Assembly (NCBI GenBank): GCA_018053995.1
Contig: JAGPKJ010000013.1
Span: 1-35,302, forward strand
From: Lachnospiraceae bacterium
Lineage (GTDB): Bacteria; Bacillota; Clostridia; Lachnospirales; Lachnospiraceae
Length of the DNA: 35,302 nt
Direction of reading: 5' to 3'
This document shows positions 17,475-26,424 of the stretch, in pieces. How positions within the stretch are numbered: position 1 is the first letter of the stretch; each line of letters starts with the position of its first letter. The position numbers and the translations under genes were made by a program. Under the pieces are notes generated by a model. The model saw nothing but the letters and a program-made list of their open reading frames with translations. It was not told where the DNA came from and did not search any database.

Positions 17475-17957
17475 TCATACTTCATCAAGCTTTACAACAT
17501 TATCTGCTATACTGCACAACTTATCATCAATAGTTATGCCTGTAAGGATTACGTCCATATCTCCACGCAGTTTCAGAAGATCGCATAGCTGATCAGTCGT
17601 GATTATCCCTGTATCGATAAGTCCAAGCACTTCATCAAGTATAAGCAGATCACATTCATCCGTGTTCATGATCTTTCTGGCAAAATTAAGACCATTCTGA
17701 ATATTCTTTGCTTCTTCTAACTGTCGTTCCTGACTCAGCGTAGAATAGACATCCGCAGATTTCTCAAATCTGAAGAACTTTATCTCAGGTTCCAAACGCC
17801 TTACATATTCCGAATCCTCAAGTCCCTTGCCCTTAAGAAATTCTATGATGACTGTTGAATCTCCGAGGCACGCTCTCTGAACGGCAGTACCAAGTGCCGC
17901 CGGTGATTTGCCATGTCCTTTTCCACAATAGATATTAACGAAGCCCTTATCCATCAT
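17475..17957 (-). CDS. Cob(I)yrinic acid a,c-diamide / cob(I)alamin adenosyltransferase (CobO/BtuR-like P-loop protein)
   Basis: MMDKGFVNIYCGKGHGKSPAALG P-loop and ...LLILDE... motif, about 160 aa. Start placed at the ATG at 17955-17957, which has GAGGAGAG upstream; the ORF-track start is further upstream. Confidence 0.65.
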   Translation of the reverse strand: MMDKGFVNIYCGKGHGKSPAALGTAVQRACLGDSTVIIEFLKGKGLEDSEYVRRLEPEIKFFRFEKSADVYSTLSQERQLEEAKNIQNGLNFARKIMNTDECDLLILDEVLGLIDTGIITTDQLCDLLKLRGDMDVILTGITIDDKLCSIADNVVKLDEV

Positions 17958-18103
17958 ACTCTCCTCAAAAAGCATCAACAAAAGATTACATGAATCATAG
18001 CACAATGAAATCTCAAAAGCAATTCAGTGCAATTCCGGTGTGACCTGGCGCAGTTGGATCACAGTCTGGATATTCCGGATATTCCGTGTAATTTGGATTT
18101 CCC

Positions 18104-18132
18104 TTGTAATAGGAAAGATTCAGTGCTATACT
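18104..18132 (+). promoter_or_regulatory. Putative sigma-A promoter of typA
   Basis: TTGTAA-17-TATACT, with a 5-prime UTR of about 80 nt. Confidence 0.45.
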
Positions 18133-18213
18133 AAATTGGTTTTTGAACAGAGAAGTGTTGAAAATATGATGTTTCGGTCATTTGACCGAGAAAGAGAGAA
18201 ACAGGAGTCAAGT

Positions 18214-20082
18214 ATGGTACAGACTAGAAATGATGTAAGAAACGTAGCAATTATCGCCCATGTCGATCACGGCAAGACAACGCTTGTAGATGAGCTTCTC
18301 AAGCAGAGCGGTGTTTTTAGGGACAACCAGCAGGTTGCGGAACGTGTAATGGATTCCGGTGCGATCGAACGTGAGCGTGGTATTACCATACTTTCTAAAA
18401 ATACAGCCGTTATGTATAAGAACACCAAGATCAATATCGTTGATACTCCCGGGCATGCTGATTTCGGCGGCGAAGTTGAGCGTGTACTTAAGATGGTCGA
18501 CGGCGTTGTACTTGTTGTCGATGCGTTTGAGGGACCCATGCCCCAGACAAAGTTCGTTCTGCAGAAAGCTCTCGACCTTGATCTTCCTGTAGTTGTATGT
18601 GTAAATAAATGCGATCGTCCGGAAGCAAGACCTGAACAGGTAGTAGATGAAGTTCTTGAACTCTTCATGGATCTGAACGCAAGTGATGAACAGCTTGACA
18701 GCCCCTTCATCTTTGCATCTGCAAAAGCAGGTACAGCGACCGCTGATCTGCGTGTTAAGAATAAGGATATGACGCCTCTTTTTGATGCGATCATCGATCA
18801 TATTCCCGCACCTAAGGGAGATCCTGAAGCAAGCCTTCAGCTCCTTATAAGCACGATCGATTACAATGAATATGTCGGACGTATCGGTGTTGGCAAGATC
18901 ACAAGCGGAACGATAAAAGTCAATCAGGATGCCGTTATCGTAAATCACCATGAAGAAGGCAAACAAAAAAAAGTTAAGATCAGTAAGCTCTATGAATATG
19001 ACGGTCTTAACAAGATTGAAGTAACCGATGCTACTATCGGTGCCATCGTAGCAGTATCAGGCATCGAAGATATCCATATCGGTGATACGCTCTGCTCTCC
19101 TGACAATCCGGTTGCGATACCTTTCCAGAAGATTTCAGAGCCTACTATATCAATGCATTTTATCGTAAATGATTCTCCACTTGCCGGACAGGAAGGTAAG
19201 TATGTTACAAGCCGTCATATCCGTGACAGGCTGTACAGAGAACTTAACACAGACGTCTCACTCCGTGTTGAAGATACTGACACAACTGAGACATTCAAAG
19301 TATCAGGACGTGGTGAACTCCATCTTTCAGTTCTTATCGAGACAATGCGCCGTGAAGGATACGAATTTGCAGTCAGCAAAGCTGAAGTAATCTATAAGCG
19401 CGATGAGAACGGCAAGCTTCTTGAACCTATGGAAACTGTATATATTGATGTACCAGATGAGTGTACCGGTATCGTTATCCAGAAACTCAGCCAGCGTAAA
19501 GCAGAACTGAAAAATATGAATTCTATCTCTAATGGCAGTACAAGACTAGAATTCTATATGCCATCAAGAGGACTTATCGGTTACAGAGGCGATTTCATGA
19601 CTGATACAAGAGGTGCCGGAATAATGAACACACTCTTTAACGGATATGGTCCGTATAAGGGAGATATTCAGTACCGTAAGCAGGGTTCTCTCATTTCCTT
19701 TGAGACAGGTATCTCTGTAACATATGGTCTTTTCCAGGCTCAGGAACGTGGAACTCTCTTCATTGGAGCCGGTGAAAAAGTATATAGTGGAATGGTAATC
19801 GGTCAGACAGGAAAAGCTGAAGATGTCGAAGTCAACATCTGTAAGACAAAGCATCTTACAAACACTCGTACTTCAAGTTCTGATGAAGCGCTGAGACTTA
19901 CACCTAAAAAGATAATGAGTCTCGAGCAGTGCCTCGATTTCATTGATACTGATGAGCTTCTTGAGGTTACTCCTGAGTCACTTCGTATCCGTAAAAAGGT
20001 TCTCGATTCACGTATGCGTAAGCGTGCCGGCTTTGCAAGTGCTGCAAAGAATGCCGCTGAAGCAGAAAATTCTGCGAACTGA
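18214..20082 (+). CDS. typA: Translational GTPase TypA/BipA
   Basis: IAHVDHGKTTLVD G1 motif, DTPGH, NKCD, and EF-G-like domains. ATG at 18214 with AGGAG 6 nt upstream; the ORF-track start is a GTG at 18040. Confidence 0.9.
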   Translation: MVQTRNDVRNVAIIAHVDHGKTTLVDELLKQSGVFRDNQQVAERVMDSGAIERERGITILSKNTAVMYKNTKINIVDTPGHADFGGEVERVLKMVDGVVLVVDAFEGPMPQTKFVLQKALDLDLPVVVCVNKCDRPEARPEQVVDEVLELFMDLNASDEQLDSPFIFASAKAGTATADLRVKNKDMTPLFDAIIDHIPAPKGDPEASLQLLISTIDYNEYVGRIGVGKITSGTIKVNQDAVIVNHHEEGKQKKVKISKLYEYDGLNKIEVTDATIGAIVAVSGIEDIHIGDTLCSPDNPVAIPFQKISEPTISMHFIVNDSPLAGQEGKYVTSRHIRDRLYRELNTDVSLRVEDTDTTETFKVSGRGELHLSVLIETMRREGYEFAVSKAEVIYKRDENGKLLEPMETVYIDVPDECTGIVIQKLSQRKAELKNMNSISNGSTRLEFYMPSRGLIGYRGDFMTDTRGAGIMNTLFNGYGPYKGDIQYRKQGSLISFETGISVTYGLFQAQERGTLFIGAGEKVYSGMVIGQTGKAEDVEVNICKTKHLTNTRTSSSDEALRLTPKKIMSLEQCLDFIDTDELLEVTPESLRIRKKVLDSRMRKRAGFASAAKNAAEAENSAN

Positions 20083-20195
20083 TGATACCGTGTCAAAAGT
20101 CATTCTGCTTTCATGCTTGCATGAAAGACAGAACGACCTTATGACACGCTTAAACACAAGGAAGTAGCAATTTGCATAGCAAATCAGCGGATTCC

Positions 20196-20262
20196 GAGTG
20201 TTTAGAGAATTGCGAAAGCTTCCGAAGGAAGCAAAGCAATTCGTAACATCATGATTCATCTA
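20196..20262 (+). repeat. Copy C (rearranged, partial) of the intergenic repeat family, between typA and yigZ
   Basis: GAATTGC-GAAAGCTTCCGAAGGAAGCAAA-GCAATTCGTAACATCATGAT shares CGAAG..GCAATTCGTAgCATCATGAT with copy B. An isolated GTGTCAAAAG fragment lies at 20089-20098, next to a palindromic hairpin. Confidence 0.5.
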
Positions 20263-20892
20263 CTATAACTCAAAATCACCTTCTGATCTGTCCAATATCT
20301 TTATCCTGCCTCCGGTGATATCAGTGATCGAACTTACTATATTATTCTCCCTGTCTTCTGTTACTATGATCGTAAATGAAACTACTGTATCATATGTAAT
20401 ATTTCTTATATCGATAGACTCATTTTCCAGTTCGTATTTTATCTTTCCGAAACTCGTATAATCCGCACTCATTCTAATTTTAATACCATGTGTTATTGTT
20501 ATGATATCTGCTGCGTTCAGTACCGATCTGGCCGCTTCTGTATATGCTTTTACAAGACCTCCTGTGCCTAGAAGTGTTCCGCCAAAATATCTGGTAACGA
20601 CTATCACAATATCCTGAATTCCGAAACCGCTTATAACATCCAGTATAGGACGCCCCGCCGTTCCCGAAGGCTCTCCGTCATCACTGCATCTCGTAAGGTT
20701 CCCGTTATTTCCGCATATATAAGCAAAGCAGTGATGTTTCGCGTCATAATATCTCTTCCTGCGATCATCTATAAATGCCGAAGCTTCTTCCGGTGAATGA
20801 ACAGGACAGGCATCTGACAGAAATCGTGATTTTTTTATTATAACTTCCTCTCCTGCACACCTGGCTCTGATAATCTTATATGTTCTTTCCAT
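20263..20892 (-). CDS. yigZ: IMPACT/YigZ family protein (UPF0029)
   Basis: The body (ERTYKIIRARC...KKSRF...) has the N-terminal layout of the IMPACT family. Start placed at the ATG with AGGGAG upstream; the ORF-track start is 20 codons further upstream. Confidence 0.75.
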   Translation of the reverse strand: MERTYKIIRARCAGEEVIIKKSRFLSDACPVHSPEEASAFIDDRRKRYYDAKHHCFAYICGNNGNLTRCSDDGEPSGTAGRPILDVISGFGIQDIVIVVTRYFGGTLLGTGGLVKAYTEAARSVLNAADIITITHGIKIRMSADYTSFGKIKYELENESIDIRNITYDTVVSFTIIVTEDRENNIVSSITDITGGRIKILDRSEGDFEL

Positions 20893-20910
20893 ATGACTCC
20901 CTATATTATA

Positions 20911-20986
20911 ATCTGATGCAAATGTCGAAGAAAACGGAGCAATTCGCGGCATTATAACACAATTGCTGCTTTTGACACCCGCATCT
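20911..20986 (+). repeat. Copy A of the intergenic repeat family, between yigZ and the PBP gene
   Basis: ATCTGATGCAAATGTCGAAGAAAACGGAGCAATTCGCGGCATTATAACACAATTGCTGCTTTTGACACCCGCATC is about 80% identical to 23917-24000. The reverse complement carries GTGTCA-16-TATAAT about 50 nt before the yigZ ATG. Confidence 0.6.
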
Positions 20987-21041
20987 TGATATGAACCGCC
21001 CTGTAATTACGTAATCATCATTTTACCCTTCGTACCAAAGT

Positions 21042-21102
21042 GTGTCAAAAGCGTGTCAAAGTCACGTGTTTTCTTGAATTAGACAGAGCTGTCTGTTATA
21101 AT
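21042..21102 (+). promoter_or_regulatory. PBP promoter region: tandem TGTCAA-N5-TGTCAA direct repeat, TTGAAT-17-TATAAT promoter, and an AGACAG-AG-CTGTCT palindrome in the spacer
   Basis: Direct repeats at 21043-21048 and 21054-21059. The -35 is at 21074-21079 and the -10 at 21097-21102. The perfect 6+6 inverted repeat is at 21081-21094. Confidence 0.55.
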
Positions 21103-21156
21103 GCATAATAGGTTTGCGTATTTTCGGATTCGCATCCTGCAAGGAGGATTGATCTG

Positions 21157-23913
21157 ATGGATTACAGTAAAGCAGGAGTTAGGCAGCAACAGAAACTGCT
21201 TATCTCTAAATCAATAAAATGGGGCAAAAAGGCTGGTCTTATCGCCGTGAAACTTGTCCTTGTCATTATCCTGGCGTGCATAATCATGGGAATAAGCGGC
21301 GGAATCGGCGTTTTCAAAGGTATACTCGCTACTTCTCCTGATATTGGCAACATAGATGTAACGCCTTCCGGATACTCCACTTTTGTATACGACAGCAAGG
21401 GAAATCAGACTGCAAAACTCGTTTCAACAGATTCCAACCGTATTCCGGTCACTATGGATCAGGTTCCGAAGGATCTGGCGAATGCTTTCGTTGCAATTGA
21501 AGATGTACGTTTTTATCAGCATAACGGTATAGATATCAAGGGAATCATCCGTGCCGGTATAAAGGGACTTACGACTGGCAACTTTTCAGAAGGCGCAAGT
21601 ACTATCACTCAGCAGCTTCTGAAAAATAACGTATTCACTTCATGGACATCTGAAAATTCATTTTCTGAAAAGATACGTAGAAAGATTCAGGAGCAATATC
21701 TTGCGCTCGAACTCGAAAAAGTCATGAGTAAACAAGAGATTCTGATCAACTATATGAATTCGATCAACCTGGGGCAGAATACTCTCGGTGTTCAGGCAGC
21801 TTCTCTCAGATATTTCAACAAAGATGTGAGTACATTGACACTCTCTGAATGCGCTGTTATCGCAGGTATAACCCAGAACCCTTCAAAATTCAATCCTATA
21901 ACGCATCCTGACAATAACAAGCTGCGTCGGGAAAAAGTTCTGCAGAATATGCTCGATCAGGAATATATAACCGAGGATGAATATGAAGAAGCTTTAAATG
22001 ATGACGTTTATTCCAGAATTCAGAAAATAGACGCTGAAAATACAGATGATACAGTAAATTCTTATTTTGTAGATGCCCTTACTGAAGATGTCCTGTCTGA
22101 TCTTGTAGATGCCGGCTATACTGAAACACAGGCATACACTCTGCTCTACAGTGGCGGTCTTAAGATCTATTCCACACAGGATCCTGATATTCAGAAGATA
22201 TGTGATAATGTATGTTCTGATGAGGACAACTATCCTGCAGATACCAAATGGTATCTAAATTACTCTCTCACCATTCAGAAGAGTGACGGCAGTTTTGAGA
22301 ACTTCAGTACCGAAATGTTCAAGCAGTATTTTAAGGAACAGAACAGTAGATACAATCTTACATATTCATCAAAAGATGATGCTTATACTGACATCGATAC
22401 ATATAAAGCAGCAGTAATGTCCAGCGGCGATGAGGTTTATGGAGAGAACATCTCTCTTACCCCGCAGCCTCAGATATCATTTACCGTTGAAAACCAGAGC
22501 ACGGGAGAGATTGTAGCATTAATTGGCGGACGTGGTACAAAATCCGCAAGCCGTACTCTTAACAGAGCAACCGGAACACTTCGTCAACCCGGATCAACAT
22601 TCAAGGTGGTCTCAACATACGCTCCGGCTCTTGACAGTGCCGGTCTTACACTTGCTTCAGTTCAGGTCGATGAACCTTTCAGTTATGCAAATGGCCGCCC
22701 TGTAAAGAACTGGTACAGCGGCTACCGTGGCATATGTTCGCTTCGTGACGGCATAAGAGATTCACTAAATATCGTTGCTGTAAAAACGCTCACACAGATA
22801 ACTCCGCAGCTTGGATTCGACTACTTAAAGAACTTCGGATTCACCACCCTCGTTGAAAACCGTACGGGGTCAGACGGAAAGACATATTCAGATATCCAGC
22901 AGGCACTTGCACTCGGCGGTCTTACTGACGGTGTAACAAATAAGGAGCTTAATGCCGCTTATGCATGTATTGGAAACGGCGGCGTTTATATCAAGCCAAA
23001 ACTTTACACAAAGATTGTGGATCACGATGGAAAAGTAATACTTGATAATACAGAAGCAGTCTCTAAACAGGTAATAAAACCGACTACAGCATTTCTTCTT
23101 ACAAGTGCTATGGAAGATGTTGTCACAAGCGGCACCGGTGGATCATGTAACTTTGGCGGCACCGCTATCGCCGGAAAGACCGGAACTACTACTGATTATA
23201 AAGATGTATGGTTTTCCGGCTTTACTACAAGCTATACTGCAACAGCATGGGCCGGTTATGATAACAACATCTCGCTCTCATCTTCTGCTGAAAAAGCATT
23301 GGCCAAAAAAATATGGCGGGAGTGTATGTCAAAGATCCACGAAAATATTGCCGGAACTACATTCCAGGTTCCTTCCGGAATCGTTCAGGCTACAGTATGT
23401 TCAAAGTCCGGAAAGCTTCCTATCTCAGGACTTTGTGACGGAACTCTCAAGACGGAGTATTTTGCAGAAGGTACTGTTCCGACTGAGCAGTGCGATGTTC
23501 ACTATCAGGGATACATATGCGCATATGATAATCTTCCTGCATGCGATAACTGTCCGTTCAAATACTATGGTGTCCTTGAACGTGCTCCGGGAAGCACTAC
23601 AACTGCTACAACCGATGAAAATGGCAATGCTGTAACAAGTCAGACGCTTTGTCATCATACTGACGCATTTATGGCTGATCCAAATAATGCAGCTGTAGTA
23701 CAGCAGGAACAGATCGAACTTCAGCAAAGGCAGGCTGCTGCGGCAGCTGCTGCGGCTGCGGCGGCACAAGATCCGGCGGCTGCGGCTGCCAGCACAGGTA
23801 CTGCTACCCCGGCTGCCGGTACTGGTACTGCTACCCCGGCTGCCGGTACAGGTACAGGTACTGCAGCAGCTGCTCCTACTCCGGCTGGAGCAGACGGAAC
23901 TCCACAAGAATAA
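21157..23913 (+). CDS. Class A penicillin-binding protein (bifunctional glycosyltransferase/transpeptidase) with an A/T/P/G-rich C-terminal tail
   Basis: GT51 motifs EDVRFYQHNGID and RKIQE. Transpeptidase motifs STFK, SLN and KTGTT. N-terminal TM helix. RBS AAGGAGG. The tail QAAAAAAAAAAAQDPAAAAASTGTATPAAGTGTATPAAG is encoded by 33-nt tandem repeats. Confidence 0.9.
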   Translation: MDYSKAGVRQQQKLLISKSIKWGKKAGLIAVKLVLVIILACIIMGISGGIGVFKGILATSPDIGNIDVTPSGYSTFVYDSKGNQTAKLVSTDSNRIPVTMDQVPKDLANAFVAIEDVRFYQHNGIDIKGIIRAGIKGLTTGNFSEGASTITQQLLKNNVFTSWTSENSFSEKIRRKIQEQYLALELEKVMSKQEILINYMNSINLGQNTLGVQAASLRYFNKDVSTLTLSECAVIAGITQNPSKFNPITHPDNNKLRREKVLQNMLDQEYITEDEYEEALNDDVYSRIQKIDAENTDDTVNSYFVDALTEDVLSDLVDAGYTETQAYTLLYSGGLKIYSTQDPDIQKICDNVCSDEDNYPADTKWYLNYSLTIQKSDGSFENFSTEMFKQYFKEQNSRYNLTYSSKDDAYTDIDTYKAAVMSSGDEVYGENISLTPQPQISFTVENQSTGEIVALIGGRGTKSASRTLNRATGTLRQPGSTFKVVSTYAPALDSAGLTLASVQVDEPFSYANGRPVKNWYSGYRGICSLRDGIRDSLNIVAVKTLTQITPQLGFDYLKNFGFTTLVENRTGSDGKTYSDIQQALALGGLTDGVTNKELNAAYACIGNGGVYIKPKLYTKIVDHDGKVILDNTEAVSKQVIKPTTAFLLTSAMEDVVTSGTGGSCNFGGTAIAGKTGTTTDYKDVWFSGFTTSYTATAWAGYDNNISLSSSAEKALAKKIWRECMSKIHENIAGTTFQVPSGIVQATVCSKSGKLPISGLCDGTLKTEYFAEGTVPTEQCDVHYQGYICAYDNLPACDNCPFKYYGVLERAPGSTTTATTDENGNAVTSQTLCHHTDAFMADPNNAAVVQQEQIELQQRQAAAAAAAAAAAQDPAAAAASTGTATPAAGTGTATPAAGTGTGTAAAAPTPAGADGTPQE

Positions 23914-23916
23914 AAG

Positions 23917-24000
23917 ATGATGCAAGTGTTACGATAGTTTCGAAGAAAACGGAGTAATTCGTAGCATCATGATACAATTACTGCTTTTGACACCAACATC
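23917..24000 (+). repeat. Copy B of the intergenic repeat family, immediately downstream of the PBP stop
   Basis: AAGATGATGCAAGTGT..TCGAAGAAAACGGAGTAATTCGTAGCATCATGATACAATTACTGCTTTTGACACCAACATC. The stem GTAATT/AATTAC carries compensatory changes relative to GCAATT/AATTGC in copies A and D. Confidence 0.6.
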
Positions 24001-24018
24001 AAAATATTAATACATAAA

Positions 24019-24058
24019 AGATCCCGGTAAACCATATTAAATGGTCTGCCGGGATCTT
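24019..24058. terminator. Bidirectional rho-independent terminator
   Basis: 9-bp stem AGATCCCGG/CCGGGATCT with a 22-nt loop, flanked by A/T runs. It closes the PBP gene (plus strand) and sits downstream of the minus-strand flavoprotein-xpt-small-gene unit. Confidence 0.6.
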
Positions 24059-24134
24059 ATATATATTCATTTGAGATCTGCTGATATGCTCGCGAATCGC
24101 GTCTCTCTTATGTTTAAGCGCGTTTATGTGAGTA

Positions 24135-24413
24135 TCAGATTCCCTTTACTTCTTTGATCTTCTCTTCAAGATCTGTTATGCCCTGCTGCGCATTTCTGAT
24201 ATTCCTGCATGCCTCATCAAACTCAGGCTCAGCTTCATTGCCGTGCTCCTCATAATATTTGCGTCCGATCTCAGCATAATTCTTTTTGATGACATCTTCA
24301 CATGTACCGATCTGATTTCTGTACTTTACGATAGTTGTTGCATCTTTTGCTTTACCATATACCTGTTTGCCTGTTTCTGAGATCGCATCTACTGTCTTTT
24401 CAAAAAAATCCAT
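24135..24413 (-). CDS. Small hypothetical protein (92 aa) cotranscribed downstream of xpt
   Basis: An ATG preceded by AAGGAGG (6-nt spacer) gives MDFFEKTVDAISETGKQVYGKAKD...EEKIKEVKGI. The ORF-track start 7 codons upstream overlaps its own RBS. No family recognised. Confidence 0.45.
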   Translation of the reverse strand: MDFFEKTVDAISETGKQVYGKAKDATTIVKYRNQIGTCEDVIKKNYAEIGRKYYEEHGNEAEPEFDEACRNIRNAQQGITDLEEKIKEVKGI

Positions 24414-24441
24414 ATCGTTCCTCCTTATTTTCATCTAATCC

Positions 24442-25023
24442 TCAGTGTCTGAATACTATCTCTCCTGTTGCCGGATTCATACTCTCGACAATGGCAAGTG
24501 ATTCTACTCTTATGCCTTCGCCCCTTATAGACTTTCCTCCGGTCTGAAAACCTTTTTCTACAGCTATACCAACACCTTCGATCGATGCTCCTGCATTTCT
24601 CACTATATCTATAAGTCCAAGAGCCGCGCATCCATTTGCAAGAAAATCATCAATTATAAGAACGTGATCGTCAGGACCCAGATACTTCTTGGATACGATC
24701 ACATCATATACTCTCTTGTGTGTAAATGACTTGATCTTCGTAGAGTACTGTTCGCCGTCCAGATTAATGCTCTGCGATTTCTTTGCGAACACTACGGGGA
24801 TATTCCCGAAATACTGCGCCGCTATACATGCGATACCGATGCCTGACGCTTCTATTGTCAGAATCTTGTTTATCTCACTGCTTGGGAATAATCTTCTGAA
24901 TTCCTTCCCCATTTCCTGATACAGGCTTATGTCCATCTGGTGATTAAGAAAACTGTCAACCTTAAGAACATCCCCTTCCTTAACAATTCCATCTTTCCTT
25001 ATTCTCTCTTCTAGAAGCTGCAC
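24442..25023 (-). CDS. xpt: Xanthine phosphoribosyltransferase
   Basis: [14 protein letters not shown]...[12 protein letters not shown] matches B. subtilis Xpt, with a PRPP-binding motif [11 protein letters not shown]. The start codon is GTG with GGGAGG 9 nt upstream. Confidence 0.85.
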   Translation of the reverse strand: MQLLEERIRKDGIVKEGDVLKVDSFLNHQMDISLYQEMGKEFRRLFPSSEINKILTIEASGIGIACIAAQYFGNIPVVFAKKSQSINLDGEQYSTKIKSFTHKRVYDVIVSKKYLGPDDHVLIIDDFLANGCAALGLIDIVRNAGASIEGVGIAVEKGFQTGGKSIRGEGIRVESLAIVESMNPATGEIVFRH

Positions 25024-25053
25024 TCCAACTTACCTCCCGATGACATCACGCCA

Positions 25054-26424
25054 TCAATTATTTTTCTTATCTGCCTTATGCTTTATCTTTTTCAGGCTTA
25101 TCTCCGGTATTACCAAATCCGGAAGTGATACATTTGGAAGCTGTAGCGCAAATTCCTTAGTATCCGCGATATTTCTTTCTTTCATAAGCCGTTCATACGG
25201 TGTTACTGCCTCTTTCCAGAACTTTATAAGTGTACGCATATTCTCAACAGGCCGCATAAGAATCGCATTCTGCATTGAAAGCTGCACATCATGCATCATC
25301 TTCTCCCCTGTTACTGAATAATAGTTACCCGGAAGCGACATTCTATGATAAAGCGCATATGAAAGTTTATCAGCTGTCTTTTGAATGCTGTATCCTGTAT
25401 TTTCCTCATCTGAAGCATATCCTGCTATAAAATTATGTGTAACGCCGGCACGTGCCTCGATCACTTCCTTAAGGTTATCTTCATCAGCAAAGTCTCCGCT
25501 TATAATATATGCTGTAGGCTTATCACGGACTATATCGTTAAGCGGGCTGCAGAACTGTCTATCCTCATACATCTGGAAAATATACCCTGTAGAGTGATCT
25601 TTTATCTCAAATGCAAATACGACCGCGTCTGCCATTGCAAGCTTACTATGCATCATAAGTTCAAATCCATCCTTATATATGCACTTGCTATTGACCGCAC
25701 ATTTAAGGCATCCGCAACATCCTGCCTTAAAATGCTTATAATGAAGATTTTCAACATCAGATTCATATTTTAGCGCGTGTCTGAAATCAATGATCATGCT
25801 GCGCAAATGCTGATTTTCTTTTGCACAATCTGTGATTATCAGAACTTTATACTGTGAATCCTTTGGCGCCCTTGGTATTGACGGAATATATGATTCTTTT
25901 TTCTTATCTTTTTTCTGCTCGGATATATCCTTCTCCTCGCAGTACTCATCTTCTACAACACAGTGTCTGATGTAATTCCAGAATTTAATGACATCAAGCT
26001 GCCCTTTTTTGGTAAGAAGATCGCCATTCTTTAGCGATATGCCGGGCAGAACCTTAAGACCCAGATCATTACAATTTTCTTCTATATAGCGGTGTGCTGT
26101 CATATCAAAGAAATGATCCGATGTCGTGATCTGTGTCACATATTTTCCCTTAAGACTACTGCATTCTGATTTCAGTATCTCAATAAAATGCATCATCTGG
26201 CTTGGTACCATCATCGCATAGACAGGATAGCAGAACACTATAAGATCAGCATCTTTTACCGCCGCAGATGCGGCTTCAAAATTCTTCACAAGCTGATCTA
26301 TATTCGCAGCAGCATGAATGACGCTATACTTGTCATCCGCAAATTTCATATGCAGATATCTCGCTGTCTGGTAAGTTATGCTGTCTTCACCCTTTGGGCT
26401 TCCATTTATTACCAGGATCTTCAT
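25054..26424 (-). CDS. Two-domain flavodoxin-like NAD(P)H-dependent oxidoreductase with a cysteine cluster
   Basis: MKILVINGSPKGEDSITYQ is a Flavodoxin_2 / FMN-reductase-type N-terminus. A second flavodoxin-like repeat begins YKVLIITDCAKENQ. Motif AGCCGCLKC. Start placed at the ATG with GGAGG 7 nt upstream. Confidence 0.6.
   Translation of the reverse strand: MKILVINGSPKGEDSITYQTARYLHMKFADDKYSVIHAAANIDQLVKNFEAASAAVKDADLIVFCYPVYAMMVPSQMMHFIEILKSECSSLKGKYVTQITTSDHFFDMTAHRYIEENCNDLGLKVLPGISLKNGDLLTKKGQLDVIKFWNYIRHCVVEDEYCEEKDISEQKKDKKKESYIPSIPRAPKDSQYKVLIITDCAKENQHLRSMIIDFRHALKYESDVENLHYKHFKAGCCGCLKCAVNSKCIYKDGFELMMHSKLAMADAVVFAFEIKDHSTGYIFQMYEDRQFCSPLNDIVRDKPTAYIISGDFADEDNLKEVIEARAGVTHNFIAGYASDEENTGYSIQKTADKLSYALYHRMSLPGNYYSVTGEKMMHDVQLSMQNAILMRPVENMRTLIKFWKEAVTPYERLMKERNIADTKEFALQLPNVSLPDLVIPEISLKKIKHKADKKNN

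Noticed and set aside
21074-21102. Reading the TTGACA in copies A and B of the repeat family as ordinary sigma-A -35 elements on the plus strand
   Set aside because: No acceptable -10 lies 16-18 nt downstream in that orientation; the spacers tested give ACCGCC or TAATAC. Only the reverse orientation pairs with a TATAAT/TATGAT.
25024-25053. A guanine/xanthine riboswitch in front of xpt
   Set aside because: Only 30 nt separate xpt from the upstream gene, and the sequence contains only an RBS. No purine-aptamer consensus is present here or in the operon leader at 26425-26587.
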